DNA of 64,000 bases, taken from the NCBI GenBank assembly GCA_028826165.1, contig JAPDFW010000029.1:1-64000 (forward strand). Reading direction: 5' to 3'. The stretch's first letter is position 1, and the number at the start of each line of letters is the position of its first letter. This stretch comes from Anaeramoeba ignava BMAN (Eukaryota > Protista > Anaeramoebae). Position numbers and translations under genes: made by a program. Positions 9,935-24,915 of this stretch are shown here, piece after piece. The notes under the pieces are model-generated. The model saw nothing but the letters and a program-made list of their open reading frames with translations, was not told where the DNA came from and did no database searches.

Positions 9935-12850
9935 CAAGTAAATTTAATATCTAAATCCAAAAATTACTTTATTAACTAATTTATTATTTGTAAGTTTATT
10001 TTAATTTCCAAAAATAAATTAATAAATTAATTAATTAATTTTATTCTATTTATAATTAATATTTATTCTATTTTATTTTTATATTTATATTTATATTAGA
10101 TAAAATCTTTTTTTATTTTATTTTATTTTATTTTATTTTATTTTATTTTATTCATCTTCATTTCCAAAATAAAAATAATTCCAAAAAAAATCTAAATTTA
10201 TATTTATTAATATCTATCATTATTTATAATTATAATTTATCAAAATTAATTAATGGAATTTCTTTTTTCAATTAAATTAAATTAGATTAAATTAGATTAG
10301 ATTTATCTATTATTCTAAATTATTTATCATTTTAAATTACTTTATTTATTTATTTTGTTTTTATTTTTATTTTTAAATAATAAATAAATTTTGATTTTGA
10401 TTTTGGAAAATATCATTAATTGATTAATAAATAATAAAATAAAATAAATCAATAATTTATTTCTAATTCATTTTTTGTTTTTTGTTTTTGTTTTTGTTTT
10501 TTTTTGTTTTTAATTTTTATTTTTTAAATTCCATTTTTCATTTTTCATTTTTCATTTTTTTTTCTTTTCAAAGAATATTTATAAATATAAATATAAATAT
10601 AAAAATTACCTTTAGAAAATGAAAGGAAACACCAAACACTAAAAAAATATTCAAATTCAAATTAATTTAAAAGTAAATTTAGATTATTAATTTATTTATT
10701 TATTTATTTATTTATTTAAATTTAAAAATTTAATTTAAATTCTTATTTCAATTATAAATAATTAAATAATAAATTTAAATTTATTTTATTTTTTTTTATT
10801 TTTTTTATTTTTATTTTTTATTTTTATTTCAATTTAAAATAAAATTTAAATTAATTATTTTTTATTTTTATTTTTTTATTATTTAATTTAATTAAATTAT
10901 TTTTTATTATTTTTTTATTTTTCAATTATAAATAATTAAAAATAAATTTAAATTTAAATTATTTTATTTTATTTTATTATTAATTTTATATTTATTTTAA
11001 ATTATAAAAATTATTTTTATTATTTATTTTTATTATTAATTATTTAATTAAATATTTTTATTATTTTTATTTCAATTTTTTAATTTTAAATAATTAAATT
11101 AAATAAATTTAAATTTAAATTATTTTATTTATTTTATTTAATTTTATATTTATTTTAAATTATAAAATTATTTTTATTATTTATTTTTATTAATTATTTA
11201 ATTAAATATTTTTATTATTTTTATTTCAATTATAAATAATTAAATAATAAATTTAAATTAATTATTTTATTTCTATTATTAATTTTTATATTTTATTTTT
11301 AAATTATAAAATTATATTTTTATTATTTTATTTTTTTATTATTAATTATTTAATTAAATTATTTTTATTATTTTTATTTCAATTATAAATAATTAAATAA
11401 TAAATTTAAATTAATTATTTTATTTCTATTATTAATTTTATATTTATTTCAAATTATAAAATTATATTTTTATTATTTATTTTTATTATTAATTATTTAA
11501 TTAAATATTTTTATTATTTTTATTTCAATTATAAATAATTAAATAATAAATTTAAATTAATTATTTTATTTCTATTATTTAATTTATTATTTTATTTCTA
11601 TTATTTTTATTAGGTTAAATAGGTTTTAAATTGAAAATTTTGATTAGTGCTTTTATTTTTTAAAAACAAAAAAAAAAATATTCACTTTCAAAAACATTTT
11701 AATTAATGTAATCTTTATAAAATCAAAAATCAAAAATCAAAAATGAAAAGAATTTATAATTAATTAATTAATTAATTGATTCTAAATTAATTAATACAAG
11801 ATTCAAAAATAATTAACAAAATCTTTTTAATTATTTAAAATAATCAAAAAAATCAAAAATCAAAAATAATTAATATTAATAATAATAATATTAAATTAAA
11901 TTTTTCTTTCAATATCAATAATCAAAACAAAAAAACTATTCATTAACAAAATAAATTTATTAATATTAATTCTAAATTTTTAATTTTTAATTTTAATTTT
12001 AATTTACATTTATTGAAGGAAATTTCTTATTGTTGTTATTGTTATTGTTGTTGTTGATAATTTAAAACAAAAATAACGAAAAATAAATTGATTGATTTTC
12101 AGATTGATTTTTAGATTTATTTTCAGATTTATTTTAAGATTTATTTTCAGATTTATTTTCAGATTTATTTTCAGATTTATTTTAAGATTTATTTTCAGAT
12201 TGATTTTCAGATTTATTTTCAGATTTATTTTAAGATTTATTTTCAGATTTATTTTCAGATTTATTTTCAGATTTATTTTCAGATTTATTTTCAGATTTAT
12301 TTTCAGATTGATTTATTTTCAGATTTATTTTCAGATTTATTTTCAGATTTATTTTCAGATTTATTTTCAGATTTATTTTCAGATTTATTTTCAGATTTAT
12401 TTTAAGATTTATTTTCAGATTTATTTTCAGATTTATTTTAAGATTTATTTTCAGATTGATTTTAAGATTTATTTTCAGATTGATTTTAAGATTTATTTTC
12501 AGATTTATTTTTATTTTTAGATTTATTTTAATTTATTTTTTTAGATTTTCAGATTTATTTTAATTTATTTTAAGATTTATTTTATTTTTAAATGATTTAT
12601 TTATTTTTATTTTTTATATTTATTTTTTTTTTTATTTTAGATTTATTTTTATATTTATTTTTTTTTAAATTTTATTTATTTTTTTTATTTATATTTTAAA
12701 TTTATATTTTATATTAATTTATTTATATTTATATTTATATTTATATTTATATTTATATATATTTATATTTATTTATATTTATATTTATATTTATATTTTA
12801 TATTTCTATTAAATAAATTAAAAAAAAGAAATGATTTTTATTTATTTATT
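9935..12850. repeat. Segmental direct repeat, copy 2, with an internally expanded ~150-bp tandem (~10740-11600)
   Basis: Collinear with 6520-9010. TTCAATTATAAATAATTAAA recurs at ~10747, 10921, 11226, 11379, 11524. Confidence 0.88.
12086..12570. repeat. Second (ATTTATTTTCAG)n 12-bp minisatellite
   Basis: About 35-40 tandem units, decaying at the right end. Confidence 0.96.
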
Positions 12851-15165
12851 TGTTAAATTTAGATTACATATTAATATAAATATTTATATTAATAATTAAT
12901 TAATATTTAATAAATATTTTATTTATATTCATTATTTATAATTAATATTTATATCTATTTATTATATTTAATTTATTTATTCAATTTATTTTAAATATGA
13001 TTAATTTAATTTTATTTTAATTTTTAATTTGTTAAATTTAGATTACAAATTAATATAAATATTTATATTAATAATTAATTAATAATTAATAAATATTTTA
13101 TTTATATTCATTATTTATAATTAATATTTATATCTATTTATTATATTTAATTTATTTATTCATTTTATTTTAAAAATATGATTTAATTTAATTTTTTATT
13201 TTAATTTTTAATTTGTTAAATTTAGATTACAAATTAATATAAATATTTATATTTATATTTAATTAATAATTTTATAAATATTTTATTTATATTCATTATT
13301 TATAATTAATATTTATATTTATTTATTTTTATATTTAATTTTTTTCAATTTATTTTTAAATATGATTAATTTAATTTTATTTTAATTTTTAATTTGTTAA
13401 ATTTAGATTACAAATTAATATAAATATTTATATTAATAATTAATTAATAATTTAATAAATATTTTTATTTATATTCATTATTTATAATTAATATTTATAT
13501 CTATTTATTATATTTAATTAATTTATTAAATTTATTTTTAAATATGATTAATTTAATTTTATTTTAATTTTTAATTTGTTAAATTTAGATTACAAATTAA
13601 TATAAATATTTATATTAATAATTTAATTAATAATTTAATAAATATTTTATTTATATTCATTATTTATAATTAATATTTATATCTATTTATTATATTTAAT
13701 TAATTTATTCAATTTATTTTAAATATAATTAATTTAATAATTTTGAAATAAAATTATTAAAAACAAAAACAAAAACAAAAAGGAAATAATTGAACTTAAT
13801 GAATTTTTTAATTAAAAATAAAAAGGAGAAAAAATAAAATAAAAAGGAGAAAAATAAAAAGGATAAAAAGAGAAAATAATTATTTTTCCCTTTTTATTTA
13901 TTTTTAATTTAAAATTTAATTAAATTTTTTTTAATTAATTTTTTATTTAAAATTTAAATTAATATTTAATTATAAATTATTGGAAAAATCAATCTAAAAA
14001 TATTAAATATAAATAATTATTATTAATATTTATTATATTTATTATATTTAATTTAATTATATATTTTATTTTTTAATTTAATTTTATTTTTATTTTTAAT
14101 TTGATAAATTTAGATTACAAATTAATATAAATATTTATATTAGTAATTAATTAATAATTTATAAATATTTTATTTATATTCATTATTTATAATTAATATT
14201 TATATCTATTTATTATATTTAATTTATTTATTCATTTTATTTTTAAATATGATTAATTTAATTTTATTTTTAATTTTTAATTTTTTAAATTTGTTAATAT
14301 AAAATTTAATATAAATTTTATATTAATTTTTATTAATAATTAATATTTTTATTTATATTTATTATTTTATTTAATTATTATTTAATATTTATATATATTT
14401 ATTATATTTAATTTATTTATTAAATTTTATTTTAAATATGATTAATTTAATTTTATTTTGATTTTTAATTTGTTAAATTTAGATTACAAATTAATATAAA
14501 TATTTATATTATATTTAATTAATTAATTAATATTTTATTTATATTCATTATTTATAATTAATATTTATATCTATTTATTATATTTAATTTATTTATTCAT
14601 TTTATTTTTAAATATGATTAATTTAATTTTATTTTAATTTTTAATTTGATAAATTTAGATTTATACATATTAATATAAATATTATTTATATTAATTAATT
14701 AATAATTAATAAATATTTTATTTATATTCATTATTTATAATTAATATTTATATCTATTTATTATATTTAATTTATTTATTAAATTTTATTTTAAAATATG
14801 AATTTAATTTAATTTTAATTTTTAATTTTTTTAATTTGTTAAATTTAGATTACAAATTAATATAAATATTTATATTAATAATTAATTAATATTTTATTAA
14901 TAAATATTTTATTTATATTCATTATTTATAATTAATATTTATATCTATTTATTATATTTAATTAATTTATTAAATTTATTTTAAATATAATTAATTTAAT
15001 TTTATTTTAATTTTTAATTTGATAAATTTAGATTGTAAATTAATATAAATATTTATATTAATAATTAATTAATAATTTAATAAATATTTTATTTATATTC
15101 ATTATTTATAATTAATATTTATATCTATTTATTATATTTAATTTATTTATTAAATTTAAATTTAA
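12850..15165. repeat. ~181-bp satellite (family S181), ~11 copies, interrupted at ~13740-14090
   Basis: Landmark AAATTTAGATTACA near 12855, 13035, 13218, 13399, 13581, 14106, 14475, 14842 plus variants; each unit contains ATATTCATTATTTATAATTAATATTTATATCTATTT. Confidence 0.92.
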
Positions 15166-17744
15166 TAGGATAATCAATCAAAAAAATGAAAAATGAAAAA
15201 AAAAATAAAATTAAATGTTTTAAGAGAATAAATCTGAATTAATTTTCTTGATGATTGTATATATTAATTTCTTTTGTTATGAGATTTATTGTTATTTAAG
15301 ATTAAAAAAAAATGGGATTTGATTGTAAAATTTTTTTTTCTAGTTTGTAATCAGAATAAAATAACATTTTCAACAACAAAAACAAAAACAAAAACAAAAA
15401 CTTTGAAACAATAAAAAAGACAGAAACAATTCAAAATAAACAAAGAAAAAACTTTGAAAAAATAAAAAATATATTCTCACATTCAAACAAGTTTTCAGGA
15501 AATCAAAATAAAAAGAAAAATCAAAAAAAAAAATATCCAATCAAGAAAAAAGAGAGAAATATTTCCTAAAAGGATTAAAACAGATCAGTTAAATTTCATT
15601 TCTTTATTGAGGATAATGGAATAAATGAAATTTTTTTTTTCAAATTTTTGATTTTAAATTAAATATAATTTTTGATTCTTAATAAGGGTTTAGTTGAGAG
15701 AAAAACAAATTAATTTGCAAAAAAAAAATGAATGAATCTAATAAAAATGAAAGAGAAGGGAAAAAAAATAATTTTAATTTATTCAATTTAAAAAAAAAAC
15801 ACATTTTATTGATTTGATTAATTTACTCAATTTTTTCTTTTTTTTTTTCTTGATTTTTGATTTTTTTTCTTTTTTCCGCAAAATGAGTTTTGAATTGAAG
15901 AGAAAAAAAAAGTGATTATTTGCAATTTTAGATAAAATTTATTGAATCAAGTTTATTCAAATATGTATTCAAATTTTTTAAAAAATATTTATAACTCACA
16001 AATGTATTGAATATATATAATTTATTCAAATTTAGATTATAAATTTATATCTAATTAATAATTTATTAATATTCATTATTTATAATAAATATTAATTTCT
16101 ATTTAATATATTTAATTTAATATTATTTATTTATTTATTTATTAATTTCATTCTATTTTAAATATAATTTATTTAATAATTTTATTATTTTTAATTTTAA
16201 TTTTTATTTTTAATAACAAATTCAATCAAATAATAATTTACAAAAATTTAATATTTGCAAATTATTTAATAAAATATTTTTATCATTTAATTTTTTTTTA
16301 ATTGATTTTTATGATTTTGTATTGATATTATTTGAAAATATATAAATATAAATATAAATATAAATTTTATTAAATTTTATTTTCTATTTTTGAAATAATG
16401 AATTAACATTTATTTCTTTTCATTTATTATTATTATCATTTTCAATCCAAAAAAAATAAAATAAAAATATAAAAATATGAATAAAAAATATATAAATAAA
16501 AATATATTTTATTAATTAAATATTTTTTTTTGATTTGATTTTCTAATTCTTTTCCATTTTTTTTTTGGAATAATTAATATTTCTTTTATTCAAAATTTCA
16601 TTTTAATTTCAATTCATATTTATATTTTATTTATAAATAAATAAATAAATAAATATTTTTGATTTAATTCATTTTAATTTATTTTTTTTTATGAATTTAG
16701 GAAAATAAAAATATATAAATTTGAAATGAAAAATAATAAATCAAAAATGAATATATAATTAATAAATATATAATAATAAATATCAATTCAAAATATATAT
16801 AATATAAAATGTTTAAAAAATAAAAAATAAATTTTTAAAAGTAGAAATCAAAATAAATAATATTTTTTTTATCAACTTTATTTCAATTTATATAAATATA
16901 AATCAAAAAAAAAATCAAAAATTTATTCCAATTTATATATTTCAATAATAAATATTAAATCAAAAATATATTTTATTAATTAAATATTCTTTTTTTTTAT
17001 TTGATTTGATTTTCTAATTCTAATTCTTTTCCATTTTTTTTTTGGAATAATTAATATTTCTTTTATTCAAAATTTCATTTTAATTTCAAACAAATAAATC
17101 AATAAAATAAATAAAAATAAAATAATATTTGAATTAATAATAAAATAAAAAATGAATATTAATTATATTATATAAATATAATGAATGAATATATAATTAA
17201 TAAATATATAATAATAAATATCAATTCAAAATATATATAATGTAAAATGTTTAAAAAATAAAAATAAATTTTTAAAAGTATAAATCAAAATAAATAATAT
17301 TTTTTTTATCAACTTTATTTCAATTTATATAAATATAAATCAAAAAAAAAATAAAAAAAAATCAAATTTTATTCTAATTTATATATTTTAAACATTTTTC
17401 AATAATAAATATTAAATCAAAATATATATTCAAAATTAATATAATAATGGAATCAAATTTATTATCAATATTATATTAATAAATAATATAATAAATATAA
17501 TATAAGAATAATAAATATATTAATAAAAATATATTTTATTAAATATTCTTTTTTTTGGATTTGATTTTTTATTTTGTAATTCTTTTTATATTTTTTAGAA
17601 TAATTATTTATTTATTTTCATTTATTATTTTATTCAAAATTTTCATTTTTAATTTCATTTACAATTTAATTTTATTTTTTAAATTAATTTATTTTCAATT
17701 TTAAATTTAATTTTCATTTTTTTATAATTTAAATATTTATATAT

Positions 17745-19440
17745 ATAATTAATCAATTTCCAATTTATTTATAATTTATATTCAAAAATAAAAATCAATT
17801 TCTCTATCTATATAAAATATATAAATTTAATTTTCAATTTATTTATAATTTAAATTAAAAATAAAAAAATCAATTTATTTATATATATTATAAACAAATT
17901 TATAATAAAATAATTAATTAATTTAATTTTCCAATTTATTTATAATTTATATTCAAAAATAAAAAATCAATTTCTCTCTATATATAAAATATATAAATTT
18001 AATTTTCAATTTATTTATAATTTAAATTAAAAATAAAAATCAATTTATTTATATATATTATAAACAAATTTATAACAAAATAATTAATTAATTTAATTTT
18101 CAATTTATTTATAATTTATATTCAAAAAATAAAAAATCAATTTCTCTCTATATATAAAATATATAAATTTAATTTTCAATTTATTTATAATTTAAATTAA
18201 AAATAAAAAAATCAATTTATTTATATATATTATAAACAAATTTATAACAAAATAATTAATTAATTTAATTTTCAATTTATTTATAATTTATATTCAAAAA
18301 ATAAAAAATCAATTTCTCTCTATATATATAAAAAATATAAATTCAATTTTTCAATTTATTTTATAATTTTAAATTAAAAAAATAAAAAAAATCAATTTAT
18401 TTATATATATTATAAACAAATTTATAACAAAGTAATTAATTAATTTAATTTCCAAATTTTATTTTATTAAAATTCAAAAATAAAAAAATCAATTTCTCTC
18501 TATATATAAAATATATAAATTTAATTTTTCAATTTATTTATAATTTAAATTTAAAAATAAAAAAAATCAATTTATTTATATATATTATAAACAAATTTAT
18601 AACAAAATAATAATTAATTTAATTTCCAATTTATTTATAATTTATATTCAAAAAATAAAAAATCAATTTCTCTCTATATATAAAATATATAAATTTAATT
18701 TTCAATTTATTTATAATTTAAATTAAAAATAAAAAAATCAATTTATTTATATATATTATAAACAAATTTTAACAAAAATAATTTAAATTAATTTTCAATT
18801 TATTTATAATTTATATTCAAAAATAAAAATCAATTTTCTCTATTATATTATATAAATTTATTTTCAATTTATTTATAATTTAAATTAAAAATAAAAATCA
18901 ATTTATTTATAATATATATAAACAAATTTATAACAAAATAATTTATCAATTTAATTTCCAATTTATTTATAATTTATATTCAAAAAATAAAAAAATCAAT
19001 TTCTCTCTATATATAAAATATATAAATTTAATTTTCAATTTATTTATAATTTAAAAATAAAAAAATCAATTTATTTATATATATTATCAAATTTATTTAT
19101 AAAATTCAAAAATAATTAATTTATATAATTTATTAAATTTATATATATTATCAAATTTATAATTTATAATTTATATTCAAAAATAAAAAATCAATTTCTC
19201 TCTATATATAAAATATATAAATTTATTTTTCAATTTATTTATAATTTAAATTTAAAAATAAAAAATTTATATATATTAATTTAATTTTCAATTTATTTAA
19301 TTTTTCAAAAATAAAAATTTAATTTTCAATTTAATTTAAATTTGATTTAATTTAATTTTAAACAAATTTATTAATTTAATTTTCAATTTATTTATAATTT
19401 ATATTCAAAAATAAAAATTTTTCTATATATAAAAATATAA
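17745..19440. repeat. S170 satellite array, ~10 copies
   Basis: Same unit as 2545-3125. Confidence 0.92.
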
Positions 19441-20369
19441 ATTTTCAATTTTTAAATTTAATTTTGAAAATTTTAATTTAATTTGAATTTTAATTTGAAT
19501 TTTTTAAATTTAATTTAAAATTTTTTTATTTTATTTAATTTTTATTTTTAAAAAAATTTAATAAAATTTTTAATTTAATTTATTTTATTTTCATTTTATT
19601 TTGTGTGTAAATAAATTTTGAAAAAATCAAAAAAATAAAATTAATAAAATAAATAAAAAATAAATTTTGAAAATAATAATTGAATTATTAATAAAATAAA
19701 AAATATTAGAATTAATTAATTAATTAATTATAAATCAAAATTTATTATTATTAATTATTAAAATAAATAAATTTGAAATGAAAAATAATAAATAAAAAAT
19801 GAATATTAATTATATTATATAAATATAATAAATGAATATATAATTAATAAATATATAATAATAAATATCAATTCAAAATATATGTAATGTAAAATGTTTA
19901 AAAAATAAAAATAAATTTTTAAAAGTATAAATCAAAATAAATAATATTTTTTTTATCAACTTTATTTCAATTTATATAAATATAAATCAAAAAAAAATAA
20001 AAAAAATCAAATTTTATTCTAATTTATATATTTTAAACATTTTTCAATAATAAATATTAAATCAAAATATATATTCAAAATTAATATAATAATGGAATCA
20101 AATTTATTATCAATATTATATTAATAAATAATATAATAAATATAATATCAGAATAATAAATATATTAATAAAAATATATTTTATTAAATATTCTTTTTTT
20201 GGATTTGATTTTTATTTTGTAATTCTTTTTATATTTTTTAGAATAATTATTTATTTATTTTCATTTATTATTTTATTCAAAATTTCATTTTAATTTCATT
20301 TACAATTTAATTTATTTTTTTAAAATTTAATTTTAATTTAATTTTCATTTTCATTTCATTTTCATTTCA

Positions 20370-21085
20370 ATTTAATTTAGATTTGAATTATAAAATAAAT
20401 GAAATTAAATAAAATTAATAATTAATTAATATTAAATAAATATTCTATTTATATTCATTATTATTATTAATAACTATTTATATATCTATTCATTTTATTT
20501 GATTTATTTATTTGATTTATTTATTTATTTATTCATCTCATTTTAAATTAATTTATTGAAAATTTTGTAACAAAAATAAATAAATAAATAAATAAAAGAT
20601 ATTTTGAATTTAAATTAATCAAAAATACAATTAAAAGTTGTTTAATTTAAAATTTAATTTATTAAAATTTAAATTTAATTTGATAAAAAAAGTATTTTTG
20701 AAATGGAGAAAATAAAATTATAAATTAAAAAGGAGAAAAGATAAAAAGTATTTTTTTAAAAAGATAAAAAGTATTTTTTTGAAATGGAGAAAATATATAA
20801 AAATAAAAGGAGAAAAAAAATAAATATAAAATTGATAATTGTTTTAATTATTTTTATTTCTTTATTATTTTATTATTTTATTATTTTATTATTCTTTTAT
20901 CAAAAATATAAATAATATTTATAAATAATAATTTAATTTTAATTTCAAAAAAATAATCAATCTATAAAATATTAAATAATAATTAATATTAATATTAATT
21001 CAATTATATTCAATTTTCAACTTAAAATTTAATTTAATTTAATTTTCAATTCAATTTCAATTTATATTTTGTAAACAATTTAATA
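20370..21085. repeat. Cassette Y (~0.7 kb; purine-rich GAAATGGAGAAAA/AAAAGATAAAAAGTATTTT motifs); other copies ~29130-29860, ~30660-31465, ~40410-41130
   Basis: Four collinear copies starting TTTAGATTTGAATTATAAAAT; they differ mainly in the length of an (ATTTA)n tract. Confidence 0.9.
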
Positions 21086-21914
21086 AATATTTTTAATTGT
21101 AATTTATTTTATTTTCATTTTATTTTTGTGTGTAAATGAATTTTGAAAAAATCAAAAAAAATAAAATTAATAAAATAAATAAAAATAAATTTTGAAAATA
21201 ATAATTGAATTATTAATAAAATAAAAAATATTAGAATTAATTAATTAATTAATTATAAATCAAAAATTTATTATTATTAATTATTAAAATAAATAAATTT
21301 GAAATGAAAAATAATAAATAAAAATGAATATTAATTATATTATATAAATATAATAAATGAATATATAATTAATAAATATATAATAATAAATATCAATTCA
21401 AAATATATGTAATGTAAAATGTTTAAAAATAAAAATAAATTTTTAAAAGTATAAATCAAAATAAATAATATTTTTTTTTATCAACTTTAATTTCAATTTA
21501 TATAAATATAAATCAAAAAAAAATAAAAAAAATCAAATTTTATTCTAATTTATATATTTTAAACATTTTCAATAATAAATATTAAATCAAAATATATATT
21601 CAAAATTAATATAATAATGGAATCAAATTTATTATCAATATTATATTAATAAATAATATAATAAATATAATATCAGAATAATAAATATATTAATAAAAAT
21701 ATATTTTATTAAATATTCTTTTTTTGGATTTGATTTTTATTTTGAATTTAATTTGATTTGAATTTAATTTGAATTTAATTTGATTTGAATTTGATTTGAA
21801 TTAATTTAAATTTTCAATTTAGATTACAATCAACTTTACATAATAAATAAAAAAAAAAATCAATCAATATTCATATCTGATTTTTATTTTGATTTTTCTT
21901 ATTATTTTTATTTT

Positions 21915-23240
21915 GAATTCAATTTACAATTAAATTAAATAAATAATTCAATTTACAATTAAATTAATAAATAAATTCAATTTACAATTAAATTAATAAA
22001 TAAATTCAATTTACAATTAAAATTTTAAATTAAATTCATTTTACAATTAAATTAAATAAATTAATTCAATTTAAATTAAATTAAATAATTAAATTTTAAT
22101 TTAAATTAAATTAAATTAAATAAATATAAATTCAATTTAAAATTAAATAAATTAAATAATTCAAATTTACAATTAAATTAAATTAAATAAATTAATTAAA
22201 TTTTATTCAATTAAATAAATAAATAATTCAATTTACAATTAAAATCAATAAATAATTCAATTTACAATTAAATCAATAAATAATTCAATTTACAATTAAA
22301 TTAAATAAATAATTCAATTTACAATTAAATTAAAATAATTCAATTTACAATTAAATTAAATAAATTAAATTCAATTTACAATTAAATTAAATAAATTCAA
22401 TTCAATTTACAATTAAATTAAATAAATTCAATTCAATTCAATTAAATAAAAAAATAAATTCAAATAAATTTACAATTAAATTAAATAAATAATTCAATTT
22501 ACAATTAAATTAAATAAATAATTCAATTTACAATTAAATTAAATAAATTCAATTTACAATTAAATTAAATAAATTCAATTTACAATTAAATCAAAAATTA
22601 AATTAATTTTACAATTAAATTAAATAAATTAAATTCAATTTACAATTAAATCAAATAAATAATTCAATTTACAATTAAATTAAATAAAAATTCAATTTAC
22701 AATTAAATTAAATAAATTAAATTCAATTTACAATTAAATTAAATAAATTAAATTCAATTTACAATTAAATTAAATAAATTAAATTCAATTTACAATTAAA
22801 TTAAAATAAATAATTCAATTTACAATTAAATTAAATAAATATATAATTCAATTTACAATTAAATTAAATAATTAATTCAATTTACAATTAAATTAAATAA
22901 ATAAATTCAATTTACAATTAAATTAAATAAATAATTCAATTTACAATTAAATTAAAATAAATAATTTCAATTTTACAATTAAATTAAATAAAAATAAATT
23001 CAATTTACAATTAAATTAAATAAATTAATTCAATTTACAATTAAATTAAATAAATAAATTCAATTTACAATTAAATTAAATAAATAAATTCAATTTACAA
23101 TTCAATTTACAATTAAATTAAATAAATTCAATTTACAATTAAATTAAATAAATAATTAATTCAATTTACAATTAAATTAAATAAATTCAATTTATAATTA
23201 AATTAAATAAATTCAATTTACAATTAAATCAAATTAAATT
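21915..23240. repeat. 22-31-bp satellite with constant core AATTCAATTTACAATTAAA (family S25), array 1
   Basis: Tandem core plus short variable linker directly visible. Confidence 0.95.
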
Positions 23241-24060
23241 ACATTTTATTTTCATTTTATTTATTTATTAACAAAACTGATTTATATTCAAACAGTTATT
23301 TTTCAATTTAATTTCAATTTTATTTGATTTTCATTGATTTATTTTGATTTTCAATTATTTTGAATTAAAACAGAACAAAAAGTAAATCAATATTGAATAA
23401 AGTTATTTTATTATATTTTTTATTCAATTTAATATAAAACAAGTATTTCACTTCAATTATAAAACAAAATTGAAGTATATTTTGAATTAATTTACAATAG
23501 AATTCTATTTGATTTACATTTATTTCAATTCAAATTTATGTTCAATTTCAATTATAGTTATTTTATAAAGGAAATAAAAAGGAAATTAAAATGGGGTTGG
23601 GGTTGAAGGAGCATAAGGGGATTAATAATAATTTATTCATAATTTATTCATAATTTAATTTATTTTTTATTTTTATTTTTAATTTATGTTTTTAATTTTG
23701 AAATTTATTTTTATATTTGATATATATATTTTTAGTATTTTGTAAATTAAAATATTTATAAATAAATATTTATTTTAATTTAATTTAATTTAATTTAATT
23801 TAATTTAATTTTGTTTTTTATTAATTTAGAATTAATAATCAATTTTTAAAATATAATATATATTTTATCTTCTTTTTCTTCTTCTTCTTCTATTTATTTA
23901 TTTATTTATTTGCAATTTCATTTTCAATTTAATTTTAATTTTACAATTTCAATTTCATTTTCCAATTTAATTTCTATTTTCATTTTAATTTTCAATTTAA
24001 TTTAATTTAATTTTAATTCAATTTAATTCATATTTTATATTTTATAAATTAAATAAATAA
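23240..24060. repeat. Cassette G (~0.8 kb) that follows S25 arrays and carries a G-run box; other copies ~27500, ~37285, ~49175, ~57020, degraded ~55690 and ~63590
   Basis: Shared AAAACAGAACAAAAAGTAAATC, ACTTCAATTAT..AATTGAAGT, ATGGGGTTGGGTTGAAGGNGCATAAGG and TCTTCTT landmarks. Confidence 0.9.
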
Positions 24061-24601
24061 AATATTTTTAATTGTAATTTATTTTATTTTCATTTTATTT
24101 TTGTGTGTAAATAAATTTTGAAAAAATCAAAAAAAATAAAAATAATAAAATAAATAAAAATAAATTTTGAAAATAATAATTGAATTATTAATAAAATAAA
24201 AAATATTAGAATTAATTAATTAATTAATTATAAATCAAAATTTATTATTATTAATTATTAAAATAAATAAATTTGAAATGAAAAATAATAAATAAAAATG
24301 AATATTAATTATATTATATAAATATAATAAATGAATATATAATTAATAAATATATAATAATAAATATCAATCCAAAATATATATAATGTAAAATGTTTAA
24401 AAATAAAAATAAATTTTTAAAAGTATAAATCAAAATAAATAATATTTTTTTTATCAACTTTATTTCAATTTATATAAATATAAATCAAAAAAAAATAAAA
24501 AAAATCAAATTTTATTCTAATTTATATATTTTAAACATTTTTCAATAAAAATAAAAGAAAATAAAATTCAAAAGAAAATAAATTAATAAATTAATAAAAA
24601 A

Positions 24602-24915
24602 AGTGAATAGTACACAAAATATAGGGTTGTCAAATTCTTTTTATTCGAAATGTCTTGTATGTAATTTTTGGAATTCTTTTTGAGATTTGTCAAACAAGTC
24701 TTTCATATGGATTTATTTATTTGTTTATTCGAAAGGAATCCTTTCTCATTAAATAAATCCTATTCGGATTTGTTTGACAAATTTCAGTTTTCAAATCACC
24801 TCGGTTAAGTAATTTACCCCCTTTCACTAGTTCTCCCCCGTTCCCCCTCACTAATATGTGTTTGTAAGTGATATACTTACCTCTTTATATCTTGAAAATG
24901 GGTTGAAAATGGAGA
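24602..24915. other. Element B copy 1 (partly degraded/chimeric flanks)
   Basis: Hairpin core 24681-24782 is identical to the other three copies. Confidence 0.8.

Noticed and set aside
8306-12520. IYFQ/FRFI repeat ORFs and F-rich ORFs at 9151-9840
   Set aside because: Translations of stop-free 12-bp minisatellites and A-tracts in overlapping frames. The ORFs crossing the GC islands are short and run into low-complexity sequence.
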